Below are positions 11,436 to 23,197 of a stretch of DNA of 64,000 bases, piece by piece. The DNA comes from Anthoceros angustus (lineage: Eukaryota; Plantae; Anthocerotophyta), in assembly GCA_010909165.1 (NCBI GenBank), contig MU008170.1, forward strand, positions 1-64,000. The letters are read 5' to 3'. Position 1 is the first letter of the stretch; every line of letters starts with the position of its first letter. Position numbers and translations under genes: made by a program. The notes beneath the pieces are model-generated. The model saw nothing but the letters and a program-made list of their open reading frames with translations, searched no databases and was not told the origin of the DNA.

Positions 11436-11467
11436 GGATATTCACCCCCTTCACAAGATATCGTGTT
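11436..11467 (-). repeat. Right terminal inverted repeat
   Basis: The reverse complement reads AACACGATATCTTGTGAAGGGGGTGAATATCC and is followed on + by the TSD TATC. Confidence 0.9.
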
Positions 11468-12202
11468 TATCTCGGGAATTTTAGGCCACCGGGTGCCGCA
11501 GCCATGGAGTTGGCGAGATTCGATGGGGATGTGTCCGAGATCAGACGAGGCCATATGATTCCAGTCCCATGTGAGACAGACGATCAGAACAGGCCTTTCT
11601 GGATTGCAGAAGTCAAAGACTTGGATTTCTTATGTGACGAACCTTACCTAATTGTCCAGTGGTGGGTGACAGAGAATAGCAATGCATTTGAGGGAAGGTA
11701 CCTACCAGAGGAGATATTGGCTTCACACAACAGTGATAGAGAGGGTTTGCGACAACGGAGGAAGCGACCAAAGCATCTGGATCGACTGTTGATATCGGAG
11801 ACATTTATTTTGGCATACGGGTTCTCCTTTGCAAGGGATAGCACTCTACAAGTCCGTACACAGGAGCTCATCAAGACAAAGCTGTTCGAACTTCAACATC
11901 TACCAGTCGTGCAAGAAGTTAATAGGGTTGAAGATATCAGGGAAGACCACCCATTTCCAGAGAGAGTCGCAATGGAGGAAAATGTTGATTCGGACGAAAA
12001 TCCCGAAAATAAGGGTGCAGTAGAACGACAAGCAGGCGCTGATGATGATACACATCCGACTTCCAATTCAGCACCAATCGCAACAAGAACTCGCGGCAGA
12101 GGCAACGGAACCGGGACGGCTACTGGTGCTTTTGAAGGCATGTTTGATGATGATCCAGCACAAGGTCACCGTCGAAGGAGACGGAAACACTGTAGAGGAT
12201 AG
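11468..12202 (+). pseudogene. 3' remnant of host transposase (barrel-like domain + acidic/basic tail)
   Basis: YLGNFRPPGAAAMELARFDGDVSEIRRG...DQNRPFWIAEV...LIVQWWVTE...FEGRY aligns by eye with the ORF at 4161-3613(-). The frame stays open to the stop at 12202. Confidence 0.82.
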
Positions 12203-13713
12203 AAAGGTGATAGGGTATTCTTCGTAGCTTTAGGGCATAGGATAGATAGATGAGGTGTGTCTATGTGGACGTCCGCCGATTTGTGCAACTTCTTATGTCG
12301 TCGAGGCTTCCGCCACATCCGCAGACCTCCAAAAAGACATATTTCCTCAGTCGAATGATATGTTTCGCACTCGTTTTGCCTTGTGCGCGCACAAGTTTGC
12401 GCATACCCTTGTTTAAGCGTGCATAAGCCCTTCCCCATACAAAACATACAGAACCACACAAATTGCAGAAACAACTGACATGCCGAAATTATGGAAGAAT
12501 TTGGTCACAGGCCCTTCATCACACCGACGAATTAGCCATGAACCCGAGTGCAAGGCGCCACCGCGGTGTAAATGACCGGACAGGAAGTGGTGCCGGAGCC
12601 GCGAATGCCCGAAACCGATGGATGAACACCTACAAAACTCAACAAAAACCAACCCAGCTTCGGTTTTCGGCAAAATAGGGTTGGGATTTTTTCCAAAACC
12701 CCTTTTGACAGGAGAAACCCCTTTCAAAACAGACGCGGTTCTATACATCATTGAGGAAACTGAGCATGGGGACGTTTAGGAGACGCTACCACATGGCTCT
12801 GAATGTTCCATCTGTAGGTTTCCAGTATTTGAACATGCCTTTGAGCCCTCAACTTCCACATCATGGTATAGGCTTTGCCTCGTGAGACAACTTTCGATTC
12901 TGCTAGAGACTCCTTTTAGTTCAGGCTTGGAAACTGCTTTTTGTCAATGCAGGGTTCATTTTAGCTTCCCACGTCTGACATCAGGCTTGCGTCTTCAGGT
13001 TGCAAAAACTTGTACCTTACACAATCTTTTGGCTCACATTTGGAAGCTCACACAATAAAACTCTTCCGCAAGCATACGCCAAGCACACTCCGCAGTCCAT
13101 CTGGCTCCACAAAAGTAGTCGCAACCACCCTTAGACATCATTACCTCCCGGCTCGCACCTCACATCTCGCACGAACAGGGTTCTGAAGAGGTTCAAGGCC
13201 GGCCATGCCTACTTTGTGCTATGCTCTTTAGTCCATTCCCACACCACCTTCTCTAATGGGAGCCTCCGTCGCCTGTAATACAGGCACATGGCTGTCACCG
13301 CTCGATGGAGGCGATACTTATCTGGTAGGTAATTTGTGTACTGCAACCCTGCCTTATACACCATGTCCCTCGACGTTTCACTGTCCTGCACACAACTTTC
13401 ATTCGTCAGGATGACAAGCATGGCGTGTCTTAAGAGGTTCTTTGAAAACATAGTGTCTATCTGGAAATAGAAAATACTCTTAGTTTCAAAAAGAGTCTTG
13501 TTTTCAAAGAGACACTCTTGTTATCATGAAGACACTTTTGAAAGAGAGTCTTTGTACATCGCTTTGGTACATGGCAGCTCTTGGTACGGACGCCAAAGCA
13601 GACACTGAGCATGTGTGTTGAGGTAGGACGTTTGTACAAGATGAGCCAATATATTCTTATAGATGCCTAGGTATTCAGGCGTACTGTACGAGGAACTTGC
13701 GCAATAAAAGTGT

Positions 13714-13868
13714 CCGTCCCCTCTGTCCGCTTTAATATTCCATACATACGGCAATATCTTTTATTGCCCATCCCCTCTGTTTGCTTTGGTATTCCATACA
13801 TATGCCAATACCTTTTATTGCTCATCCCCTCTGTTTGCTTTGGTATTCCACACATACGGCCAATACCG
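13714..13868. repeat. Three tandem copies of ~56 bp
   Basis: TCCCCTCTGT(C/T)(C/T)GCTTT(AA/GG)TATTCCA(T/C)ACATA... is repeated three times. Confidence 0.9.
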
Positions 13869-15680
13869 TGGAGTGGTGAAAACGATCTGCTTGCGTTCAT
13901 CAGAAGGAGCTGGGACGGTCTGGAAGTTTAGTGTTCATCACAATGGAGAATCATCAGCCATCAGCAATCTGTTGGAGCAAAGTGAGACCAGGTTAAATCT
14001 TCCTCAATTATGAGACCACGGCACACTCAATAAGCAAAGCCAAGCAAGACTACAGTGTGTACAATGTACAGAATGGCTAGGCCAAATGGACACACATTTA
14101 TAAGAACTTCATGATTAAGCATCTTGTACTTAGATTGGTACGTAGATGGGGTGCCTAAAGGGAGTGTATGCCCTTGGTGCAAGTAGCTTAGGCACACCAT
14201 GGTACAAGTTGTTAAGTACCAAGTCCCTTATTGGACTTAAATAAAATTCTTCTTCTTCTTCTTCTACTCATGGTAACAAAAATAAACGGGGACGTCTGCC
14301 CCCCAAAATTCATTTCAAATTCCCTTCTTATACTCAGAGAGACACAAGGGTACTCCCGGAGGCACAAGGTTCGAGGTACAGTGTGCCATGAGGCACCCAC
14401 ACTAAGGACCCTCTGTTTCTTATCAATTGCCCTATATCCTGGAGAGCGTGCGCTCTCCCATGCAGCCTAACTGGCTGTGCAAAACACCTAAACTCATGCT
14501 TTTCCTAACAGGACTCTTGACAGTAGCTGCTGTGAGCTATTTTCAAGAGCTTTGTAACTTGTCATTGTGAAATAAAGGAAGGCCCCAGCCGTGATTTAAG
14601 CGAGGGACACCCTATCCCAGCCTGGGCTGGTGGGACATACATCTCGAATGCAAAATGTCTAGGAATATTTCAGAGGAACGCTAATGTGGACTTGCTTCTT
14701 GAAAGCAAAAGCTACAGTTCTACACCTTTCTCGTTCTTTCCTCCTTGTAACCTGCGTGAGCTATCACCTGTTAAACCACACATCCAGGCTGTGAGACGGT
14801 TCTCCTGCCAATTGTATGCGAGCCTAAACTTCAGAAATGAGCAGCAAAAGGAGAACATGAGAACTTGACCGTTCTATAAGCAGTTTGCTTCACCAACAGG
14901 ATCTCGCTAGAAACGAAACCTGATAGTTGATTGAAGGCATTACAGGTTGGTTACTTAGCCGGATGAGCCATGGCCACACCCTACTCACGCTGGTCAGGCA
15001 AGTGAAAAGCATGCTATGGTAAAGAGCAGTAGAGCCCTTTTGTGAGTGTGCTGTAAAACCCAGGACACTGTGCCTCTCATAGCCCTTTCCTCCTTCGCTT
15101 AAGAGCCAGACCTCCATCTGTGTGACCTTGCCAATCACGCTTGTAACAATGCTGAACACATCTGCTGTTGGAGAGCCCTGAACACATCTGGTCAAGCCCG
15201 AGCACAGGTATCCATCTTCCTTGTCTATTCCACATTGTATCCATGGAGAGATTTTCTCCATGTTCTGTTCATTTGGAGAGCCTGCATTAGCTCTTGGAAC
15301 ATACCATCATCTGCCCTTAGGGCAACGACTTAAAAAAATATCTTCGACAGGTTAGAAAATCCCAAACGGTTCTGAATTACCTAGTAGGGGTGAACTGACC
15401 CCTGGTATGCAAGACGAAGAGCAGACGGCACCTCTGCTCCAGGGCTTTATTTTGAAGCGGTTTTCTTGCCGGTTCCGGTCCCCATACACACAAAACGGGA
15501 CACGGGACCCGTAGTCCTCTGAACCTGTCCACATTCCAAACCCCAGTACTCTTAAGCATAAAGCCGAGCCGGGGTCAGTTACCCGTGTTTGGAAGCTGGA
15601 GATGACGGTCCTGGGGTGACGTTGCAGAGCTGCAGCTGTGCGACCCAGCCCATCGGCAGTCATGCACTGCAGTACATCGG

Positions 15681-15796
15681 TCTGAATCCCTGCCTATGGC
15701 GGCAGCGGCGCTTGCGCATCATGACCGCCTCAGGCAGCTGCCAGATCCTTGCGTCGATCGTTCTGAATCCCTGCCTATGGCGGTCATGATGCGCAA
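15681..15796. repeat. Interleaved direct (22 bp) and inverted (18 bp) repeats
   Basis: TCTGAATCCCTGCCTATGGCGG at 15681 and 15762. TTGCGCATCATGACCGCC (15712-15729) and its exact reverse complement at 15779-15796. Confidence 0.9.
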
Positions 15797-18069
15797 CCGC
15801 AGCTGACGCCTGTTCACGGTCCAGGAAGTAGATGCCCCAGAGGCCCGCAGGAGGAGGAAAATTCCCACAGGCTCTACTCGAGCCTATCGAGCAGGCCGCC
15901 AGCTCGGCAGGAAGAGGCGGCTCCGCCGTAGCCGCAAATGCACAAGAACCTCCTGGTTTCTCCGACCGCTGCCTCTGAAGTGGCTCCGCTGAGGTATTCC
16001 TCTCAAGGGGCCTCGCCCATGGAGAAACCTTGGCGGAGGAGGAACCCTAGCCGACAGCACCACCGCTGTAGCTCCCGCTCCCACCTTTCCCGTCTACCAG
16101 CCCTCACGGCAGCTGGAGAAGCCCCCCTCGAGCGGCTTCCAACTGGGAGAACTGTGCCAAGGGCTAGAGAAGGTGAGGGAAGCATTTTCTCTCCAGCTGG
16201 GAGAAGCGTGTGAAGGGCCAGTGGATCTCAGAGAAGGATCTCCTCGATAGAGCTGGACAGCAAACTAGAGGGATCTCAGCCGAGCAAAAGGGGACGGCAG
16301 GCAGAAAGGTAACCTAGCGTGCCCTTCCGTTCTGCCGAGCTACCTCTACGTAGTTTGCTTTTGATTTCTTCTGGGTCTGCCTTCTCGACTTGAAAATCCG
16401 GTGAAGTCCCAACCTGGCTGTCGAACCTGCGCATGAAGCTGGTGCCCTAATGGGCAAGCCGCTGCTAGCTCATGCCTTTTGAACACGGCGATTGGATCAA
16501 GGGCGTTTTGCCGCGGCCCGTACAAGACATGTCCTGCAAATGTCACATTACATTCCAAGTCAGAATGTCTCACTGCATCCGGAGGGAGTGGAGTTCCTTT
16601 CCCTGCTTCAGGGTTCCGATGCCAGGCTGGCCCTATGCTGGCACACAAGAAAAGGTGAGCATCAGGGGATCGGGTGAGAGCATTATCGTTCACGTTTTGC
16701 ACACATGTCAGCCCTGTGCGGATCCGCTGGCCGCTGCAGGTTTCCGTGGCATGCGCGTCTGAGGTCAGATTGGTTGATTCTGTGAATGCGTACTTTGACT
16801 GTCCTTACATCCTGAACGATTCATTGATGGCTTGTCGAATAAATGTGACCTCGGGAGGCCTGGTCGATGGACACTTGTGGACTGCACCTTCGTTCTTCTC
16901 GTCTGATGAAGGGCAACCTAAATGGGTATCATTCGGTCACTCTCTGCTCTGACCATGCTCTGGCCGTGCCCATGGCTTGCATGAAGTATTGTTTGACAGT
17001 CAGGCAGAACTTGTGGTGAGGACTCAGTCCGTCACCACAATTCTGGTCGATGAGAAGCGTGTCTTTTGACGGGATCCGTTGTCGAGCATGAAAGCCATTC
17101 ATACTAGGTCTGCTACGTTCCAATATGTATATAATGAGATGGGCATCGCATTCAACACGTGCTTTCGATAGCTGTACTGTATCTGTGGCCGCCCACATGC
17201 TGAAAGAGCTCCGTGTTGAGAAGGCCGGAGAGCGTCTCCATCCCCAGGATCGCGCGCATCCCTCCCGTCGCCTCCCACCCGTTGCTCCCACACCTCGCCG
17301 CTCCCGTGCCTCGCTGCCTACCCGCCGCCCTGGCGATTACACTAACGGGAGGAAAGAACCTATGGAGGGAGTATGGTAAATTTTTGAAACCATAATTGGG
17401 AGATTCTATTTTTTTGTGAATGGTAGCCGACGAGTTATTAAGAGAATGAGTTAATTAGAGAATGATATAATTAGAAAATAAGTTAAGTAGAGAAAAATAT
17501 TGCAGCAATACTGGGTACTGCAGCTAGTAGATCCAGTATAAAGAAATGAACCTAACAGAAAGAGATGAAGAAACCTCATCTAACGAGATTAGAGGTACAT
17601 GCCAACCGGTGCCTGATACTACTGAGATCAACATCTAACTGGAGTAGGACCCTTCCGAAGACTTAAAAGTCCCCAATCATAAGAGAAGGAGCATAACACT
17701 AGTTGCACTACAAGAGGTGAGGAGATCATAAGAGAGATATTATAAATATTTGGGTTCTTTTATACTAAAGGTAGGTACTTTTATATAGGTCATAGACTGC
17801 TTCTCTATGGTTCAACAGGGCCCTCTCAATTGCCCTTCAACGGGCTTTTTTTGCAGCGATCATTCACAAAGCGGCAACAGCAGGTGATGCATTCCCCTCT
17901 TCCTTTGTTGTTTGTAGGCCTCTTCCCTCTCTGCCGAAAGGCCTTTTCCCATCAAATTTTTCCCCTTCTTCTTCTTCTTCTTTCTCCTATGCATGATTCA
18001 TACAAAAGTTTTTGTTTTCAAATGATTTCATAATGAGACAAGATTGGAAGGAAAATGGAGAAAGCGTTC

Positions 18070-18413
18070 TTATTCCTTTCTTGTAGGAACGTTGGCTGCA
18101 TTTCAAATTTGTTTAACCTAGGTGAAACTTTTGGCATGGAGAGTGTGGACTCTTGACTTGTCACTCTTGTGAGTGAGATCAAATTTTGAATTTATTAATT
18201 TAAATCCTAGTGTAAAAACAACAATGAAGAAGATTTTGTTGTTATTCCTTTCTTGTAGGAACGTTGGCTGCATTTCAAATTTGTTTAACCCAGGTAAAAC
18301 TTTTGGCATGGAGAATGTGGACTCTTGACTTGTCACTCTTGTGAGTGAGATCAAATTTTGAATTTATTAATTTAAATCCTAGTGTGAAAGTAACAATGAA
18401 GAAGATTTTGTTG
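18070..18413. repeat. Two tandem copies of 172 bp, AT-rich
   Basis: TTATTCCTTTCTTGTAGGAACGTTGGCTGC starts at 18070 and 18242, with few substitutions. Confidence 0.95.
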
Positions 18414-19851
18414 TCTCATGAAGAGCCCTTTCTCTGTACAATGCAACTCTCATGAGTTAGACCAATGATTCATTAGAGCAAGAGCTCCTAGTGAATCATC
18501 CCAAGCTCAAATAAAAGACTCAATCCAATGTAACACATCAACCTACACGATGTAAATGCAGGTGTGAACCACACTAGGAATGGTGAGAGTGGTATGAACC
18601 CCGTCCCCCGCCTCATCGACGACGTCCCTAACGACATCCCAGGAAACAATGTCACGGGCTATGTGACCGGAGTCGAGAGAGAAAGAGAGAGTAGTTAGAG
18701 AGGAGTCACCCCCGAGGTTAGGAGCTGAGTAGATGTTGTCTGTGTGTGGGTGTGGTTTGTTGGGATATTGCATATGGTGGTCCATGCTAGGCACAAGTAC
18801 CATCCCTTGGGAACAAATAGGCAAGTGCGAAGCCGCAGCTCTGTCGAATACTTGAAAAGGAAGCAAAAACCACTATTACCGTCGCCGCCATCTCCAACCC
18901 TGTGAGCCGCCACATCCTACCCATCGAGGCTGAGGCCTGCTTCTATTCAGGAAGTTGATTCAAAGAAGTAATGCAGAAAGTGGATTAGAAGATTCCATAT
19001 ATTTGAGGTAATATTCTTAGTAGTCAATATATGAAGAAAAAAAACTTTACTATTATAAAATTTAATTCAATAAGACAAGGCTATAAAATGAGCACTAGGC
19101 AGAGCGTTGAAAGCATATAATGTTCTCACTTATCAGCAAACCATCCTTGTGTTTAGTAGATGCGACACGGCTGTTGCAGTGCTCTGGCGAAATATTCCGA
19201 TCGTGTTCGATTCTCTACAGTTGTGGGAGAAGTCCCTAAGCACACGTCTTAAGTTGGAGGGTAAACAATCCAGGGGGGTCATCTACCTATTCAAGAAGTA
19301 CCTCACGAGACAGAATTGTGCCGCGAAGATACCGGGAAAGGGAATCCAGGGTGTCGAGTGCAGCTGCCTCTAGTTCCCCGGTGCCGGACCTCTAACTGAC
19401 CCCGGGCCCACCATGCAACCTGGTATTTTTCTATTTCTGGATTTCGACAGCTGAATATCTTCCACCTGCTTGAGACGCCAGTGGTGGCGCCACTTAGACT
19501 TTCACGACCGAACTTTCCCCTTGGCAGGCCGCGAGAAGAACTCGGCGCCATCTCCAGTGTCGCCACCCAGCTCCGAATTCGTTGACATCGCCCAGGGTGA
19601 CCGGCCGCGCAGGTAAGCTCCAGCTCCCGTGTGTGCTGCGCTTTGGTAATGGAGCCCGAATTGGAGCAGATCGGGCCCGGGCTGCGCAATTCCGATGGCT
19701 TGCGGGGGAATTGATTGCTGCCCGGGGAGGCGGGCTCTGCCGGATTTGGAATTCTGAAGTGTGTGTGGGAGTTTCGGGGGGTGAGCCGAATTGAGGAGGT
19801 TGAAGCTTGAATTTGATTGAATTGGGGTGTTGGTGAGTGTGTCACTGTTAG

Positions 19852-19884
19852 GGTGGTGGTGGTGGTGGTGGTGGTGGTGGTGGT
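19852..19884 (+). repeat. (GGT)n microsatellite in a probable 5'UTR intron (19613-20013) of PFK
   Basis: About 11 GGT units, flanked by a CAG|GTAAGC donor and a TGTGCAG| acceptor. Confidence 0.85.
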
Positions 19885-20020
19885 GTTGGAGGTCGGGGTG
19901 TGGTTGTGGCGTGGCTTGCAATTGAGGTGTGTGTTGGCCGGGCAGGTGCTGGGAGGACTGAGAGTGCTGCGTAGGTTTGGGGGCTGAACGTTTGGTTTGG
20001 GTGGTGTGTGCAGGAGCGAC

Positions 20021-23000
20021 ATGAAGGCTACGTTGAACAGCCCGGGGGTGGCGCTGCGGGGTGGGGCAGGAGATTTGCAGAACTTCTGCCGAGCCAGTCC
20101 GAGTGAAGGTGGACCAATTGAGATCCGTGCCTAAGGCTCAAGGCGCAGCTGGTCGGACTGCTGTGGGTGGGGCAGGAGATTTGCAGAACTTCTGCCGAGC
20201 CAGTCCGAGTGAAGGTGGACCAATTGAGATCCGTGCCTAAGGCTCAAGGCGCAGCTGGTCGGACTGCTGTGGGGTGCTCTTTGCAGAGGAAGCAGCTCCT
20301 TGGGAGCCCTGTGGCTTCTCGTGTGTGCGGACTGCATCTGGGAGCCGGTGCGGTGTCGGGGAAGAAGCAGGATGTGGTTGTGAGTGAATGCAAGACTCAG
20401 GAAGGTGCATGCGGGGCTCGCCTCGAGGATGTGCCCCACCTCATGGATTGGCTGGGTACGGATTTGGAGGTAGGTTTGTTGGCTTCTCCTGATGTCGTTT
20501 TGGTGTCTGCTGGTTGCTTTCGCTTCTTAACGAGTTGGGCCCTTTGTGAGCAGACGTACCCGAATCCACTCAAGCACAATCCTGCCTACGCGGCTGTCAG
20601 GTAAGGCTTTCAGCGATTTTGCCCTTGCAACTGTACTTGCAGATGCTGGCAATTTGCGTTTCAGATGGTCACTTTTTGGGTCTCATGTTTCGGTTCTTGA
20701 TTTGCAGGCAGTACTTTGTGGAAGAGGATGACGTCGTTGCAAAAGATGTAAGTGCCTCTGCTATTTTGATAGACGGCGACTTTGTGTGTTTGAGTGTGAT
20801 TGGTCTGACATGCCCCTCTTTTTCAGATCGTTGTGAAGCTTAGAACTCCTGGCGATGGTGTTCACTTTCGTCGTGCTGGACCGAGGCAGAAGGTGAGCAT
20901 TTACGAACCATTTCCACGGGGATGTTGTATGGCCAATCTTTGGCTGGAAGAAGTCTTTCAGTGGAAGTGTAACAGAGGCACTTAGCTCGTGTCTATTATC
21001 TCTGCAGATATATTTTAAAGATAGTGAAGTTCGAGCATGTATCGTGACATGCGGGGGCTTGTGTCCTGGACTGAACACTGTCATCCGTGAGATAGTCTGC
21101 GGGCTGTGGACTCAGTATGGTGTCCGGGAGATCATTGGGATAGATGTGCGTTATCTCTATCACTTTTAATCATTTTCTTTGAAAGCAGGCTAGCTTCCAC
21201 TGAGTCTTACCTAGAGAATTAAGCACAGTCTACTTATTTTAGCTTGTGTTTCTGCACCGCAGGGGGGATACAGTGGCTTCTATTCCAGGAATACAATAAC
21301 TCTCAATCCAAAGCTTGTGAACGACATCCACAAACGTGGAGGTACAGTTCTTGGGACTTCCAGAGGTGGGCACGATGTGAACAAGATTGTGGACAGTATT
21401 CAGGACAGAGGAATCAACCAAGTAAGTGTTTGTGATTCTGTGATTCATCCTCTTCCCTTGTCACCAACTTGGACTTGTGCAAATGGTGTTATTTTTCTAA
21501 CCATATCTACTCGCTTTGTAGGTTTATATTATTGGTGGGGATGGTACACAACGAGGTGCTGAAATCATTCACCAGGTATGGCATGAAAGAATACATATTG
21601 AGGACAAGGTGCTGTGGCTTTTGCACACAAAATTTTGGAGCACGAGCTGTGGCTAGGTGGTAGTTTCAGACTCTGAAGCCCCTTTATTGTTGTAACATTT
21701 GTATCTCAGGAGATTGAACGGCGAGGTCTGAAGGTCGTTGTTGCTGGTATCCCGAAGACAATCGACAATGACATTGCGGTACGTCAATCGCTGTACCTCT
21801 CTGGTGGCCTTTTTATGTGCAGAATTATTGTATTAGTAGACTGAACGAATCCATCCTCCGCCCTGCAGGTGATAGATAAATCATTTGGATTCGATACAGC
21901 TGTAGAAGAAGCTCAACGGGCAATCAATGCAGCACATGTTGAAGCCGAGAGTACTCACAACTCCATTGGCCTGGTGAAGCTGATGGGTCGATACAGTGGT
22001 AGGATATGCAATTGCTGCACCTTAGTTACCTATGTTCACTCATAAGCTTTTCTCGAACTGGAGGTGCTCAGTATGCTTTTTGTTTTTGGTTTTGCAGGGT
22101 ATATCGCAATGCATGCAACACTAGCCAGCCGTGATGTTGTAAGTCTGCCATCCTTCGCTTAGCCTTGTAATGGCACCTGCTGCACCCATGCTTCTTAGAG
22201 GGGATCTTTTGTGACCTCCTTGACATGTCATTTATGCAGGATTGCTGTTTGATACCAGAAGTTCCGTTCTATTTAGAGGGACCTGGAGGTCTTTACGAGT
22301 TTGTGGAGAAACGTTTGTTGGAAAATGGACACATGGTGATTGTTGTAGCCGAAGGTGCTGGTCAAGAGTTGTTAAAGTTAGAAAATCAAAATGGTTCCAG
22401 CACTATGGATGCATCTGGCAATCGGCTGCTACTTGATGTTGGTCTATGGCTATCTCAAGCACTTAAGGTAAGTTCGATGTCAGCTGGTATCTGGTTAGTT
22501 CTGGATTCCAGGGCTGAAGGCTGACACTTACAATGTAAATCCTATTTTCAGGCAGAGTTCAAGAAAAGGAAAAACAGGGACCTAAACTTGAAGTATATTG
22601 GTACGTGTTTCTATCTAGACTCTAACTGGGGACGTGTCCTTCGATTTTGCTTGTCAAAGTTCATGCAGGTTGACCATCTGAAATGAACTTGACTCACTTG
22701 TGTGCCATTTGGAAACAGACCCCACGTACATGATTCGAGCTATTCCAAGTAATGCTTCCGACAATGTCTATTGCACTCTGCTGGCTCATAGTGCTATCCA
22801 TGGGGCAATGGCTGGATATTCTGGATTTACTGTGGGCCCAGTCAATGGGCGCCATACCTACATTCCAATCAACGTAACCTTCTGAAACCCCCGAATAAAA
22901 GTCGTTCTTTGCTAGTTGGAATGATTCTTCTTACGTGTGAACCGTCAACGTTTACTGATCATAATTTGGCTTTGCTGATGTGTGTAGAGGATTACCCAAT

Positions 23001-23197
23001 CTCAAAATCGGGTGAATGTCAGTGACAGGATGTGGGCAAGACTGTTATCTTCAACCCACCAGCCTGACTTCCTGGACTATGACATCGTTATGAAGCGGAA
23101 ATCTGTGCCTGATGGCACTCTCTGGGCCCCTAGTCCTGGCAATGGTACAGTCACGCAGGCGGGAATTGTTGATGAGGCAAGTGCAGAAACCGTCTAG
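20021..23197 (+). CDS. PFK: ATP-dependent 6-phosphofructokinase (plant type), ~14 exons; 5' end disturbed by a tandem duplication
   Basis: Exons with GT-AG borders encode [107 protein letters not shown] and RMWARLL. The start codon is uncertain. Confidence 0.95.
20059..20270 (+). repeat. Exact 106-bp tandem duplication in the first PFK coding exon
   Basis: GGGTGGGGCAGGAGATTTGCAG...GGTCGGACTGCTGT occurs at 20059 and 20165. Confidence 0.95.

Larger units (their letters stand above)
2722..11467. mobile_element. 8,746-bp TIR DNA transposon (DDD/DUF7869, Sola-like) carrying a ParB-like + DNA amino-methyltransferase gene; decayed copy
   Basis: 32-bp TIRs (29/32 identical), TSD TATC at 2718-2721 and 11468-11471, an internal transposase relic on (-) and a methyltransferase relic on (+). 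The empty site restores the host reading frame ATG TAT CTC GGG (MYLG). Confidence 0.88.

Noticed and set aside
14210-14637. Possible solo LTR ending ...GGTGGGACA
   Set aside because: No matching TG start with a TSD, no PBS or PPT, and no second copy could be found.
14890-17300. Scattered ORFs (123, 103, 118, 96, 92, 120 aa)
   Set aside because: No motif was recognised. These are probably decayed repeat or gene fragments and cannot be named.
19303-20022. Poly-Thr and poly-His ORFs on (-)
   Set aside because: They are produced by the (GGT)n microsatellite in the antisense of the PFK 5' region.
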